A DNA stretch of 64,000 nucleotides from Pirellulales bacterium (GCA_040901675.1 JBBDYJ010000038.1:1-64000), one strand, 5' to 3'. Counted from the first letter of the stretch, positions 49,770-59,692 are shown. The notes: a model not told the origin generated them from the sequence alone. Translations and numbers: made by a program.

Positions 49770-50132
49770 TCATCGGACCAGCCTCAGCCACGAATCGGTA
49801 TGGCCACACCGATGAACGATTGAATCGTGATCGAGCCATTTCATGATTTTATCTTCACCGAGATCGTCGCCGCATTCTTCCCCAAAGCGGTAGTAAATCA
49901 CGGTTGGCGTCATCACCACGTAGCACTTTGTCAGGATTTCGGTGTTCTCGGACGCCGCCACGTTGAGCGACCCAAAGGCGACCAGCTCCTCGAACGTTTG
50001 TGCAACGGCAGAGAATTCGCGGAGTATCGCGTCGATCCGGCGATCGTTCGGGGTGAAGTAGACCACCGCTGTGACGGGTTGCCGTCGAATGAAGGCTTCG
50101 ATGCTCTCGGAGTTGAGTTCGATGACTCGCAT
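49770..50132 (-). CDS. Thioredoxin-fold protein lacking CxxC
   Basis: VIELNSES..F, AVVYF, FGSLNV, YVVMTPTVIYYRFGE. Confidence 0.55.
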   Translation of the reverse strand: MRVIELNSESIEAFIRRQPVTAVVYFTPNDRRIDAILREFSAVAQTFEELVAFGSLNVAASENTEILTKCYVVMTPTVIYYRFGEECGDDLGEDKIMKWLDHDSIVHRCGHTDSWLRLVR

Positions 50133-50549
50133 TCAGCCCTCTTCTCTTCGCATGAGGTAATCGGAGAGCCCTGCTGTCAGGTGCAGCGACCGCCGGCTTG
50201 CACCCGTCGGTTGCTGGATGGTCTAGTTATTGTCCGCTTTGCGCCAGGTGCCTGCAAGCATCTTGGGCGAGGCCAGCGTCACCGACCTGCGTGCCGCTCA
50301 GGTACAACGTCGCAGGCCGTCAGCCTGGCCAGATGCGCACGGCCCGAGCCGGTCGGATAGCGCCTCGGACCAACCGAACAGAACGCCCCGCCGGTGGTCT
50401 CTTCGTCCTCGTCTTTGCGTCTTTGCGCCTTTGCGAGAGAATCTCCCCCGAGAGGACGTGCCGGTGGTGCCACGAGAGCGGATGACCAGCGTCAGTTGCC
50501 GGTCGGGCGCCAGGCATCGAGCTTGAAAAAATCGCCGGCTGCGGTGCCC

Positions 50550-50891
50550 TTAGCTCCCGCACTCCACCGATTCGGGCTCTTCCGTGCCCAGCCATAGACA
50601 GGCTTGCTTGCCGGCGATGCCGACCAGGTCGATGGCCAGCCGCTTATCGCCCATGTCGAGCACGACTCTCGAGCCCGGCTCCAGCTCGTGGGCGATCGCA
50701 ATCGACTGCCACGGTGCATCGTAGCATTGCCGCATCACCTTGAACTCGGGCTCCGCGTTGGGCCGTTGGATGTCCATCAACCCCGGCGGATCGTCGGTCT
50801 TCACGATCAGCGCGCCGCTGGTCAGCTCGACTTGGGCATGGTGCGACCCGAAGGCGAACGAGTAGGCTTCTCCCACGTTGACGGACAGCAT
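50550..50891 (-). CDS. Hypothetical protein
   Basis: Protein-like ORF beginning MLSVNVGEAYSF. No recognised family; start uncertain. Confidence 0.45.
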   Translation of the reverse strand: MLSVNVGEAYSFAFGSHHAQVELTSGALIVKTDDPPGLMDIQRPNAEPEFKVMRQCYDAPWQSIAIAHELEPGSRVVLDMGDKRLAIDLVGIAGKQACLWLGTEEPESVECGS

Positions 50892-51005
50892 CGCGATCTC
50901 CCGGCAGAAGTGAGCCCAGCGGAAATGAGTCGGTCCGGACCTCCCGGAGCTGCCGACCAGGCGGCTCAACATTGAATCTTTCGTAAGCATACATCACCCC
51001 TCCTT

Positions 51006-51093
51006 TGCGCAAACGCGCAAAATCGACTTGCAAAAGTCGCCCTTTCCAGTGCGCGAACGCGCAAAATCGACCTGCAAAAGTCGCCCTTTCCAG
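51006..51093. repeat. 44-bp tandem duplication
   Basis: TGCGC[A/G]AACGCGCAAAATCGAC[T/C]TGCAAAAGTCGCCCTTTCCAG x2, two mismatches. Confidence 0.9.
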
Positions 51094-51150
51094 CGGCGAG
51101 GCGACTACGAGCGGCCGGTGCAACGGCGACGAGCGACCGTTTAGTCGGAA

Positions 51151-51315
51151 TCAGTTTTTTTCGCGTCCGGCAGGTCTACGCGGGAAGCCATGTGAGCCGT
51201 GATGGACCACGCTCACAATGGCCACCGCGCCGAGCAGCGTCGAAAGGCTGTACTGCCGCCAGCTCCACCGCCGCTTCCGCGGCTTGTTTGGCCCAGGTGT
51301 TTCCATGCCCGCCAT
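51151..51315 (-). pseudogene. Truncated duplicate of the LRR protein N-terminus
   Basis: MAGMETPGPNKPRKRRWSWRQYSLSTLL is nearly identical to the start of the gene at 52479. Confidence 0.75.
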
Positions 51316-51459
51316 TCTCCGGTTCGTCGGAAAGCGTTGCAAGCGTTCCGGCGCAATCCCAAGTGGACGATCCATGTGGAATCGTGGCCCGCTGCGCCAG
51401 CCGGTCGCACGTGGCCGTCGCGTCCACACGCGCCGCCGGCCGGACGCGGGCGGGATGCC

Positions 51460-52479
51460 CTAATAGTGCGAGACGCGACAGTTCGGCAGAGCTTGCCGCA
51501 ACCTGTTGCAACCATCGTTCGAGACCCGTGTATCTTGCAGCAACAGCTTTTGCAACCTCGTCAGCCCGGCCAGATGCGCAAGGCCAGCGTCGGTTACCGG
51601 GGTCTTGTTCAGCCTCAGCGATTCCAGGCTCGTCAGCGCCGTCAGATGCGCCAGGCCGGCGTCGGTCACGCGCGTGCCATTCAGGTACAGCTCTTGAAGG
51701 TTCGACAGCCCAGCCAGGCGGACCAGACCGGCGTCGGTGACCCGTGTGCCGGCTAAGTGCAGTCGTTGGAGGCTCGTCAACCCTCCCAAGTGCGCAAGGC
51801 CAGCGTCGCTGACTTGCGTGCGACTGAGGCGAAGCCCTTTCAGGTTGGTGAGCCTGCCGAAATGCGCAACGCCAGCGTCCGTCACTTGTCCGCGGTCCAA
51901 GTAGAGCCATTGGAGGCTCGTCAGCCCACTCAGATGGGCAATCCCAGCGTCGGTAATCTGCGCGTCGCCTAACGCCAGGAATTGCAGGCTCGTCAGCCCG
52001 GCCAGGTGCGCAAGGCCAGCGTCGGTGACCTCCGTACGGTGAAGCTCTAGCGACCGCAGGCTGGTCAGCCCTTGCAGGTGCGCGAGTCCAGCGTCGGTGA
52101 CCTGCGTGCCGCCCAGTCCGCCCAGTTCCAGCCGTTGGAGATTCGTCAATCTGGCCAGGTGCGTCAGGCCGGCATCGGTCATGTCCAGTGCCCGGACATG
52201 CACCACGTCGGCAACGTAGTCCACGCCCAGCACTCGATACAGCCAGTCGGGGCTTGGCCCATGACTTGGTGTCCCGCCCTCAAAGTCATACCATACTCTT
52301 CCATGCAACTCGCGTATCGCCGCCACCGCTCGCCGCTGCCGCTCGGCGCGATGCGTCACCACCCCCAGCCCCACTCCCACGATGGTCACCACCAAGAGCA
52401 GCGTCGAAAGGCTGTACTGCCGCCAACTCCACCGCCGCTTCCGCGGCTTGCCTGGGCCGGACGTTTCCATGCCGGCCAT
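51460..52479 (-). CDS. Membrane-anchored leucine-rich repeat protein
   Basis: About nine 24-aa repeats VTDAGLAHLxGLTSLxxLxL after an RQYSLSTLL anchor. Confidence 0.93.
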   Translation of the reverse strand: MAGMETSGPGKPRKRRWSWRQYSLSTLLLVVTIVGVGLGVVTHRAERQRRAVAAIRELHGRVWYDFEGGTPSHGPSPDWLYRVLGVDYVADVVHVRALDMTDAGLTHLARLTNLQRLELGGLGGTQVTDAGLAHLQGLTSLRSLELHRTEVTDAGLAHLAGLTSLQFLALGDAQITDAGIAHLSGLTSLQWLYLDRGQVTDAGVAHFGRLTNLKGLRLSRTQVSDAGLAHLGGLTSLQRLHLAGTRVTDAGLVRLAGLSNLQELYLNGTRVTDAGLAHLTALTSLESLRLNKTPVTDAGLAHLAGLTRLQKLLLQDTRVSNDGCNRLRQALPNCRVSHY

Positions 52480-52627
52480 TGTCGTGTTGGGGGCGGCTGC
52501 CTGCAAACCCTCTTTGCTCGCGCCTCTCCCGATCTGCTAACATGGGCCTCTGGCCCGGCGACGCCCGCTCACTTGGCCAGAGATGAAGCGGCGTCACTAC
52601 GCAGCCAACTGAACGAGGCGGCTGCCT

Positions 52628-52724
52628 CGGACTTCTGACTTCTGACCTCCGACCTCTGACCTCCGACTGGGCTGTAAGTCCGCCGCAGGCGGAACCGGGC
52701 TGCAAGTCCGCCGCAGGCGGAACC
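52628..52724. repeat. Heptamer array plus two 28-bp hairpin repeats
   Basis: (GAC[C/T]TC[C/T])n, then GGGCTG[T/C]AAGTCCGCCGCAGGCGGAACC x2. Confidence 0.85.
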
Positions 52725-52753
52725 TCTGTCCCCTCTCCCCCCTCTCTTCGACC

Positions 52754-53692
52754 ATGCGCATCGTCTCCCTCGTGCCCGCCGCCACCGAGATCGTAGCCGT
52801 CCTGGGTCAACTGGATCGTCTTGTGGGCGTCTCGCACGAATGCGACTACCCGCCCGAGGCGGGCGCCAGGCCGCGGGTGACCAACTGCCCGATTCATGAG
52901 ACAGGACTGATTCATGAAACAGGACTGGCGAGTGCCCAAGTAGATCGCTGGGTGCGGAAGACGCTGGCCTCCACGGGCACGCTCTACACGATGGACGAGC
53001 CTCTTCTGCGCCGCCTGCGGCCGGACGTTATTCTGACCCAGCGATTATGCGACGTTTGCGCGGTCGGCTTTGGCTCGGTGACGGCGCTGGCAGCCACCTT
53101 GCCGGGCCCTCCCCAGGTCGTGAGCCTGGAGCCTTCCTGCCTGGCCGACGTTTTCGACAATATCCGCCACGTCGCAGGGGTGCTTGAGGTGCCGGCCTGC
53201 GGAGAGGCCGCCCTCTCAGCGCTTGCCGAGCGGGTGGCGGCGGTCCAAGCGCGGCTGTCGCGGGTCTCCCATCGCCCCAAATGCTTTCTGATGGAGTGGA
53301 TCGACCCCCCTTTTTCGAGCGGCCATTGGGGGCCGGAGTTGATCGAACTCGCCGGGGGCACGGAACCGCTTGGGCTCAAGGGGAAACCGTCCGCTCGGAT
53401 TCCCTGGGAGAATGTTCTCAAGGCTCGGCCGGACGTCATCGTGCTGGCCTGTTGCGGCTACCGGCCGCACAGAACGCTCGACGACTTGCACATCCTGCAA
53501 CAGTATCCCGGCTGGGCCGATCTGCCGGCAGTCCGGAGTGGTCGGGTCTACGTGGCGGACGGGAGTGCCTACTTCAACCGGCCCGGGCCGCGCCTCGTGG
53601 ACAGCCTGGAGATGCTGGCGGAGCTCATCCACCCCGATCTCTTCGCCGGCGTTTTCCCCAACCGCGGCGTCCTGTGCGTGCCAACGGCATAA
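52754..53692 (+). CDS. Cobalamin-binding (BtuF-like) periplasmic-binding protein
   Basis: MRIVSLVPAATEIV, VGVSHECDYP, TQRLCDVCAV, EWIDPPF..GHW, YFNRPGPRLVDSLE. Contains an IHETGL duplication. Confidence 0.88.
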   Translation: MRIVSLVPAATEIVAVLGQLDRLVGVSHECDYPPEAGARPRVTNCPIHETGLIHETGLASAQVDRWVRKTLASTGTLYTMDEPLLRRLRPDVILTQRLCDVCAVGFGSVTALAATLPGPPQVVSLEPSCLADVFDNIRHVAGVLEVPACGEAALSALAERVAAVQARLSRVSHRPKCFLMEWIDPPFSSGHWGPELIELAGGTEPLGLKGKPSARIPWENVLKARPDVIVLACCGYRPHRTLDDLHILQQYPGWADLPAVRSGRVYVADGSAYFNRPGPRLVDSLEMLAELIHPDLFAGVFPNRGVLCVPTA

Positions 53693-53719
53693 TTGCGGCG
53701 CATCACGTTCCTACGCCGA

Positions 53720-55600
53720 TCAGCGTGCCGGCTGGAGCCATTCGGCCGGCACCTTCCACAAGCGAAGTGTCTTGTCCTCGCTGCCAGTCGCCAGTGTGGC
53801 GCCGTCGGGAGCAAAAACCGCCGTGAGCACGCCCGCCTGGTGATCCGCGATGGTCCGTTTGCGCTCGCCGGTGGCGGCGTCCCAGAGAGTCACGCTTCCA
53901 TTCCAGTCCGCTGCGGCCAGCAAACGGCCATCGGGCGAGAACGTGACCCACAGCAAGTGACTCGCGGACGCCCCCTTTTCACTCGCAAACGACTTCACGA
54001 GCGATCCGTCGCGGAGCTGATAGATATCGACTTGCGCGACGCTCTTGTCCCCGGACGAGCTTGCCGACGGACAAGCGATCGTTTCGCCGTCGGGAGAGAA
54101 ATCGGCTCGCAGCCGACCTGGAAATATGCGAGCCAACTCCCCCGTTGCTTGAGCCCACAGTTTCACTGGTCCCTCGTTCGACGAACTCGCCAGGTGCGTG
54201 CCGCCGACGGAATACCTGATGAACGTGACCGGCTGGTCGTCGGAGATCGATCGCACCAGGCTGGCCCGCTCCACGTCCCAGAACTCGACTCCACCCGATT
54301 CTCTTCCACCGCTTCCGCCGAACCGCCCCCACTCGGTGATGCCGGCCGCCAGCACCTTGCCATCGGGCGAGAACGCCAACGGCGAGAGCGGCTGGTCGGT
54401 GGCCCATTTCCGCCTGATCTTGCCGGAAGCCGCATCGCGCAACTGTATTTCGAAGCCGATGACCGTCGCCAGGGTCTTTCCGTCCGCTGTTCCGGCTACC
54501 CAGCCGGCGCCAGCTACCGTTTCGGACCACCGCAACTGGCCAGTCGCCACGTCCCACTGGCGAAGCTCGTTCGGCCGCCGGTCGAGCGGCGGCACCGATT
54601 CCGGATCCCGCATCAACGCGGTGATCGTCGCGCCCTGTCGGCCCCAGACGATGCCGGCGGGAACACGGTCGCGGGCCAGGACGCCCTCCGCCAGCATGGC
54701 CGCGGCGTCCGGCGCAACCGCGTCGGGCTGCGCCGGTTCGCTTCGGCGGGGCGCCCCCACGACGATGCCCGGCTGAAAACCATCCGGTATGCTCAACGAG
54801 AACAGCCGGGCGTCCAGCCGCTCGTTCCAGACGAGCTCGTCGAAGCGAATTTCCGTCTCGGCCTTCGGGTCGGAATCCCGAATCACGATCTTGGCCGGAA
54901 GTTCGCTCTCCGCGTCGACCCACACCAGCATCTCGGCATCTGCCTTCATGCCGAGCAGGTCCACCTCGCGAAGCCGATAGACTTGCGTGCGGCGGCCCTG
55001 GAGGACCTCCTCGCCGAGCGGCTCCGCGTCGTTCGACTTTGCACGCCGCAACTGGTCGATCGGATTGGCGAACTCCCGGGCCACGTTCGCATCGATCTCG
55101 GCCGGCTGGGCCAGCCGGCGATGCACGTCCAGGAACAAGGCTTGCTTCCGGTCAAGGTCTGCTACATGAATCAGCATGCCGTCGAACTGTTCGATGCGCA
55201 GCCGGTTGCCTTCGAGATACATCCGGCCGCTGATTGCCGGTTGCCGACCGAACCGCGTGGTCATCGTCAAACGCACCGAGCTGGCGCCCTTCACCTTTTC
55301 AACCACCTGGGCAAAGGCCTGGCCCGAGTCGTCGCGCAACGACGCGCTCCCGATCCACGCGGCCAACACGGCCGCGGCAGCGGCCAGGCCGCCGGCCACG
55401 GAGCGGTAGTTTTTCCAACTCCGATGGGGCGAGCCGCCGGCACGCGCTAGCGCGGCTGGCGCTGCCGCCAACTGCCTGGCCCGCGCTTTAACCCGCCCAA
55501 CGGCGTCTTCAGGGACCGCCTCAGCCAGTGCGGCCCGGACCGCCGCTTCCAGTGGCGGTTGGAGGCTCTCGAAATCGGTGGGACGATGTTCGTCGTTCAT
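53720..55600 (-). CDS. Putative anti-sigma factor with LolA-like and WD40 domains
   Basis: ATGA overlap with the sigma gene, TM helix, AFAQVVEKV, VWVDAESELP, then FSPDG WD40 repeats. Confidence 0.8.
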   Translation of the reverse strand: MNDEHRPTDFESLQPPLEAAVRAALAEAVPEDAVGRVKARARQLAAAPAALARAGGSPHRSWKNYRSVAGGLAAAAAVLAAWIGSASLRDDSGQAFAQVVEKVKGASSVRLTMTTRFGRQPAISGRMYLEGNRLRIEQFDGMLIHVADLDRKQALFLDVHRRLAQPAEIDANVAREFANPIDQLRRAKSNDAEPLGEEVLQGRRTQVYRLREVDLLGMKADAEMLVWVDAESELPAKIVIRDSDPKAETEIRFDELVWNERLDARLFSLSIPDGFQPGIVVGAPRRSEPAQPDAVAPDAAAMLAEGVLARDRVPAGIVWGRQGATITALMRDPESVPPLDRRPNELRQWDVATGQLRWSETVAGAGWVAGTADGKTLATVIGFEIQLRDAASGKIRRKWATDQPLSPLAFSPDGKVLAAGITEWGRFGGSGGRESGGVEFWDVERASLVRSISDDQPVTFIRYSVGGTHLASSSNEGPVKLWAQATGELARIFPGRLRADFSPDGETIACPSASSSGDKSVAQVDIYQLRDGSLVKSFASEKGASASHLLWVTFSPDGRLLAAADWNGSVTLWDAATGERKRTIADHQAGVLTAVFAPDGATLATGSEDKTLRLWKVPAEWLQPAR

Positions 55601-56106
55601 TTCGGATCTCCTTGGTTGAAGACGGCCAGCCGCGTCAGCAGACGTTGACGCGCCTTGTACAACGTCGTCGAGACGGCTTCCGGGGAAACGCCCAGCGTCG
55701 CGGAAATCTGGTCGCGCGACAGTTGCTCGAAGTGGAACATCACGAAGACCGCGGCCTGCTGGTCGGGCAACTGGGCCATGGAGTTGCGCAGCCATTGCGC
55801 CAACTCGGCAGCCGCCACTTGATCGAAAGGCTCCACGATCGACATCCGGTCGCTTTCGCGCAGCTCTTCGGACGGTCGATTGCGGCGGAGCCGGTCGATG
55901 GACCGCAACGTCGCAAGCCGCACGAGCAACCCCGGCCAACTCTGGACCGGGCCGACCTTGTGCAAGCGGAAAGCTTCGGTGAACACGTCCTGCGACACGT
56001 CTTCGGCATCCTCGACACACCCCAGGATCCGCACCGCCACTCGGAACACGCGTTTCGCGTGACGCTCGACAATCCGGTCCCAATCAGGCAATTCGCCGTC
56101 CGCCAT
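55597..56106 (-). CDS. ECF sigma-70 factor
   Basis: DAEDVSQDVF, RSIDRLRR, LPDQQAAVF, ISATLG, LYKARQRL. Confidence 0.92.
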   Translation of the reverse strand: MADGELPDWDRIVERHAKRVFRVAVRILGCVEDAEDVSQDVFTEAFRLHKVGPVQSWPGLLVRLATLRSIDRLRRNRPSEELRESDRMSIVEPFDQVAAAELAQWLRNSMAQLPDQQAAVFVMFHFEQLSRDQISATLGVSPEAVSTTLYKARQRLLTRLAVFNQGDPK

Positions 56107-56321
56107 GCCGTCCGCCTCCGCCTCGAGGTATCTCACGGGCGTCTATCAGGTAGTCGCAGCAGCCGTCCCCGCATGACCCGAAAAAACCAAACCGGGCTGC
56201 GCGGGCATTCCTTGAAGTCCGCGCCGACCTTCTGGCAGAAGAGAAGCCGCCGTCCGTCGAGCGCGACGCAAGTGACGCGGCTGAACGACTTACGGGACTG
56301 TACAGCCCCGGACGGCCCGGA

Positions 56322-56448
56322 CGGGGCGAAAGTCAATGGCCGGGTGGCGTAGCCCCCGCCAGCGCGCCATCGACACCGTCGTAAGCCCCGTGACCCTGGC
56401 GTGGCTGGGTGGCTGGGGCAAAGTCCCGGCGCGCCGGGATGCCCCAGT
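56322..56448 (+). repeat. REPIN-like copy plus palindromic repeat
   Basis: 56322-56390 resembles 47780-47849; 56407-56448 resembles the 30700 family. Confidence 0.7.
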
Positions 56449-56862
56449 TGCAATTTGAGGAAGTTATTTTTCGGCCGATCTTAAGCGACAGTGATCTTGG
56501 CGCGGCGTTCACTACCCCCGCGGCGGTGCCGCTGATTATTGCTATTAGTATTGCTAAAAGCCTCCGTCCAGGCCACTTGGACTGGGCGGAGGCTTCAGCT
56601 TGCCGGGCAGGTTTAGGTGAATGGCCTTTCAACAAAGAAGGGACATCGCCTGCCCGGCACACGTCAGTATACCGCGAGTCGAGCGCCGAGTCGAACCCTC
56701 GGCCGCAATCGCTCGCTTCAGGCCGATCCTCGGCCTCGGCATCAGGGGTTAACTCCCCCACCATCCCCCCGGTTCTTCGGGGGAAGCCGGCCGCGGTTGG
56801 CGTGCCGGCGGCCGCCCGTCTGACGGCAGCCACCGCAACCACCTTGAGCGACGGGGTGAGTC

Positions 56863-57195
56863 ATGGACCGAAGTGTCACGGTTTTCCTCGTCGGAACCGG
56901 TGTCTCCTTGCTGATATCGATCGTCGTGGTGGTTTTCCTGCGACGACGTTTGCGAGGCGTTCTGGCGGACCTGTGCGGTACGCCGGAGCGCGGAGACTTC
57001 TGGACCGATTTTTCGACGGTGCTTTTCGTCCTCGTGCCTCTTGTTCTCGCACTGTTCAGCCGGCCCAGCGGCGACGCAGATGCCTCGCTCCTTTTCGGGG
57101 TGACTGCTCACCTGAGGTGGGCGCTGATGGGTTTACTGGGCACTTTGTGCACCGTGGGCATGATGATCGCCTGGTTCGTGCGGCCGACAACGTAG
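56863..57195 (+). CDS. Small membrane protein
   Basis: Three TM helices with LADLCGTPERGDFW. Confidence 0.7.
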   Translation: MDRSVTVFLVGTGVSLLISIVVVVFLRRRLRGVLADLCGTPERGDFWTDFSTVLFVLVPLVLALFSRPSGDADASLLFGVTAHLRWALMGLLGTLCTVGMMIAWFVRPTT

Positions 57196-57340
57196 CGGCA
57201 CTGCGCAAGTGCCGCGGGCGCCAGGTCGCACCAGAAACTCCGCCGGGGCGGCGGGGCGCCGAGCCGGGGTCGGGCGAACCTGCCCGCCTGAACGAATGCC
57301 CGGCGGCCCCAAGCTCCTCGTGCTCGGCGCCACGCGAGAG

Positions 57341-57508
57341 TTATGCCAGAGGGTCCTGGCTGCCGCGCGAACCCAACGCTAACAGCGCGAGCGACCACAG
57401 CGCAAACGCCGTAACGCTATTCGGGTTGCCCAGCAGCCAGGCAACCGCCGCTGCCATGGCCGTCGCGACGAAAAGCCACCAGAGCGGGAATTGAAACCTT
57501 TTAGCCAT
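57341..57508 (-). pseudogene. Truncated membrane-protein paralog
   Basis: MAKRFQFPLWWLFVATAMAAAVAWLL..., 55 aa, overlapping the stop of the upstream paralog. Confidence 0.5.
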
Positions 57509-57947
57509 CGCTTTCGCCGCTTCGCTTCAGGCACCACTGAAACGCTGCAGACAATACGCCGATGAGCAGCGCGACTCCCCAGAAAAACAGCACGGGTAAA
57601 CGGTACGCGTTGATTTCCTCCAGCACCACGCGCGTGTAATCAAAATCGCTCGGTTCCACCGTATAAACGCTAAACTCGCGAATTCTCCCGTCCCTTCTTG
57701 AAAAGACGGACACCAGCATGACAACGCACGCCAACAGCGGGACAATTCCGCCCAAACAAACAGCGCGTGCATAATCGCGACAGTGGACGCACCCGATGAG
57801 GAGGAGACTTGAAAGAGCGATCGCCAACAACAGTATCAGCAAGCCGCTGAACCAGGTCGGGTGAGTCGAAAGAGCAAATGCCAAAACGGCAACGGCAGTC
57901 GTCAAGGCAAACAACGATGGCAAACGGAAGTTGAATCTATGGCTCAT
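57501..57947 (-). CDS. Four-TM membrane protein
   Basis: MSHRFNFRLPSLFALTTAVA, YARAVCLGGIVP, ends AFQWCLKR. Confidence 0.7.
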   Translation of the reverse strand: MSHRFNFRLPSLFALTTAVAVLAFALSTHPTWFSGLLILLLAIALSSLLLIGCVHCRDYARAVCLGGIVPLLACVVMLVSVFSRRDGRIREFSVYTVEPSDFDYTRVVLEEINAYRLPVLFFWGVALLIGVLSAAFQWCLKRSGESDG

Positions 57948-58362
57948 TTGTATCCCCTTCCGAACCGCGAACCAGCAGCCAGCGGAAAGCGACGCACAGG
58001 AGGCCGAGCGGCACGATGCAAAGCCAGCAGATGGCCACGATGGCTTGAATATGGTCAGTGGCGTCGAGGCCAAACCCCGACCCCTGAACCATGAAAAACG
58101 TCGGCGCCCGTGTTAACCGTTCGAAGTGAAACCAGCACACCAATGATGGAGCAAGCGTTCCAATGAAGAAGGCCCGGCGATATCCGGCCGTGGAAAGGCA
58201 TCCAACCAAGGAAACTGCGGGGAATCCGCACAAGAGCATGATCAGGACGACGCCCGTCGCCATGTTGCGCTCCCCGCCAACTGCAAAGACAGCAAGTGCT
58301 ACAACAGCCGTCAGTGCGAGCAGCATCCCGATACTGAACTGCAAGCGCCTTGGCTTATCCAT
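57937..58362 (-). CDS. Four-TM membrane protein (paralog)
   Basis: RRLQFSIGMLLALTAVVA, YRRAFFIGTLAP, ends AFRWLLVR. Confidence 0.7.
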   Translation of the reverse strand: MDKPRRLQFSIGMLLALTAVVALAVFAVGGERNMATGVVLIMLLCGFPAVSLVGCLSTAGYRRAFFIGTLAPSLVCWFHFERLTRAPTFFMVQGSGFGLDATDHIQAIVAICWLCIVPLGLLCVAFRWLLVRGSEGDTNEP

Positions 58363-58742
58363 GGTCCTTGCCTCCCCAACCGGCGCTGCGAACCAGCAGC
58401 CAACGAAACGGGCTTAAGCAAATGCACGTCGAAGCCCGCTTGCCGGCATCGCTCCACGTCGGCCTGTTGGCCGTAGCCGGTCAGGGCGATCAGAATTGCC
58501 CTATCGACGAGTGGCCTCAAGTGCTTCGCCAGATCGTATCCGTCCATGCCCGGCAGCCCCAGGTCGAGCAGAATGATTTTTGGCTGGAAGGCGGGCACTA
58601 TGGCCAAGGCTTCAGCCCCCGTGCTGCAAGGCATGACCGAATAGCCCCACATCACGAGCAATCGGGCCAGCATCTCCCGCGTGTCCTGGTGGTCCTCCAC
58701 GAGCAAGATTCGCGTGGCCACGTCCTCCGAAGTTCCCGCCAT
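58311..58742 (-). pseudogene. CheY-like receiver, C-terminally truncated by a deletion
   Basis: ILLVEDH, LLDLGLPGMDG, ALTGYG, HLLKPV, then unrelated sequence. Confidence 0.75.
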
Positions 58743-59078
58743 GGGAAGTGTCCTCTGTGGGCATCCGGCTGAACCGTGGTGTGAAGGTCCATGCCTGGAA
58801 TCTTCATCTATTCTAATCCGGTCCTGGCAGTGTCCATACGGCCGCCCAAAGATAATCAGTCACCTAGCTGACCAATCAGCCCACTCCCGATACATGACAG
58901 GGCCTAGCAGACTTTAGCCGCAGGGCCGTTATGCCCTGCGTGCCTGTCCAAAGGCCCCGGCCGGTACGCCAGAGGCGCTGCCTTTTGGGGATGGGCCTGG
59001 CCGACTGGAAGATGCTGGAGGTAAAGCGTTCCAGGTTTAGTAGCCGCATCGAGTTACGACCGAGATACGAGGTCCCGC

Positions 59079-59456
59079 TCACTGCAACCTCGCCAATGCC
59101 GCCAATGCCTCCCGCGCCTTATCGACCCCTCCGAGTTGCTCGGCCAGCTCCTTCGCTCCGATCAGCTCGCTGAGGGAGACACGATCTGACGATGCAGCCG
59201 CGGCGCCACGGCGGACAGACTTCTTCCTTCGCTTTTTCGGAGCTGGCGCATTCAGTTCGACCGACTTCCTGCGGCCGCGTCGCCCATTGCTCGCTTTCCT
59301 GTTGCCGCTGTACTTGATCTTGCTCACCAGGGCGACGGATGTCGTGATTCCTTGCGCCTTCAAGCCTGCCAGCGCCTCCGGCACGCTGGCACCGGGGTTC
59401 TTGCTGAAGTAGGCACGAACTGCCGTGCTTTTGCTACCATGGACTGCCTTTGCCAT
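59079..59456 (-). CDS. Small basic protein, possibly DNA-binding
   Basis: SKSTAVRAYFSKNP...LVSKIK, K/R-rich linker, VSLSELIGAKELAEQLGGVDKAREAL. Confidence 0.7.
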   Translation of the reverse strand: MAKAVHGSKSTAVRAYFSKNPGASVPEALAGLKAQGITTSVALVSKIKYSGNRKASNGRRGRRKSVELNAPAPKKRRKKSVRRGAAAASSDRVSLSELIGAKELAEQLGGVDKAREALAALARLQ

Positions 59457-59545
59457 CGTTTCTCTCCCTGTTTTTAGGCCCCCTTTTGGATCAAGCGTAA
59501 TCAGCTTTGAGGAGATTGCTAGGGGCGGGGCCAAGGAGTCTGACC

Positions 59546-59692
59546 ATGGCACTTGCTGTTGCGATCGGTTGGCAGGCACTCGTCCTGACTTCGATCGTTT
59601 TGACCGGTCTAGTGATCTGGCGCAAGCGTGCGGCCGGCATTCTTTCGGGAGCCGCTATGGTCGCTGGGGCGATATTGTCGTTCGGCCCCTAG
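59546..59692 (+). CDS. Small two-TM protein
   Basis: AAGGAG RBS; 48 mostly hydrophobic aa. Confidence 0.4.
   Translation: MALAVAIGWQALVLTSIVLTGLVIWRKRAAGILSGAAMVAGAILSFGP

Noticed and set aside
52510..52753. Cobalamin riboswitch upstream of the B12-binding gene
   Set aside because: The region consists of heptamer and hairpin repeats and no B12-box is seen.
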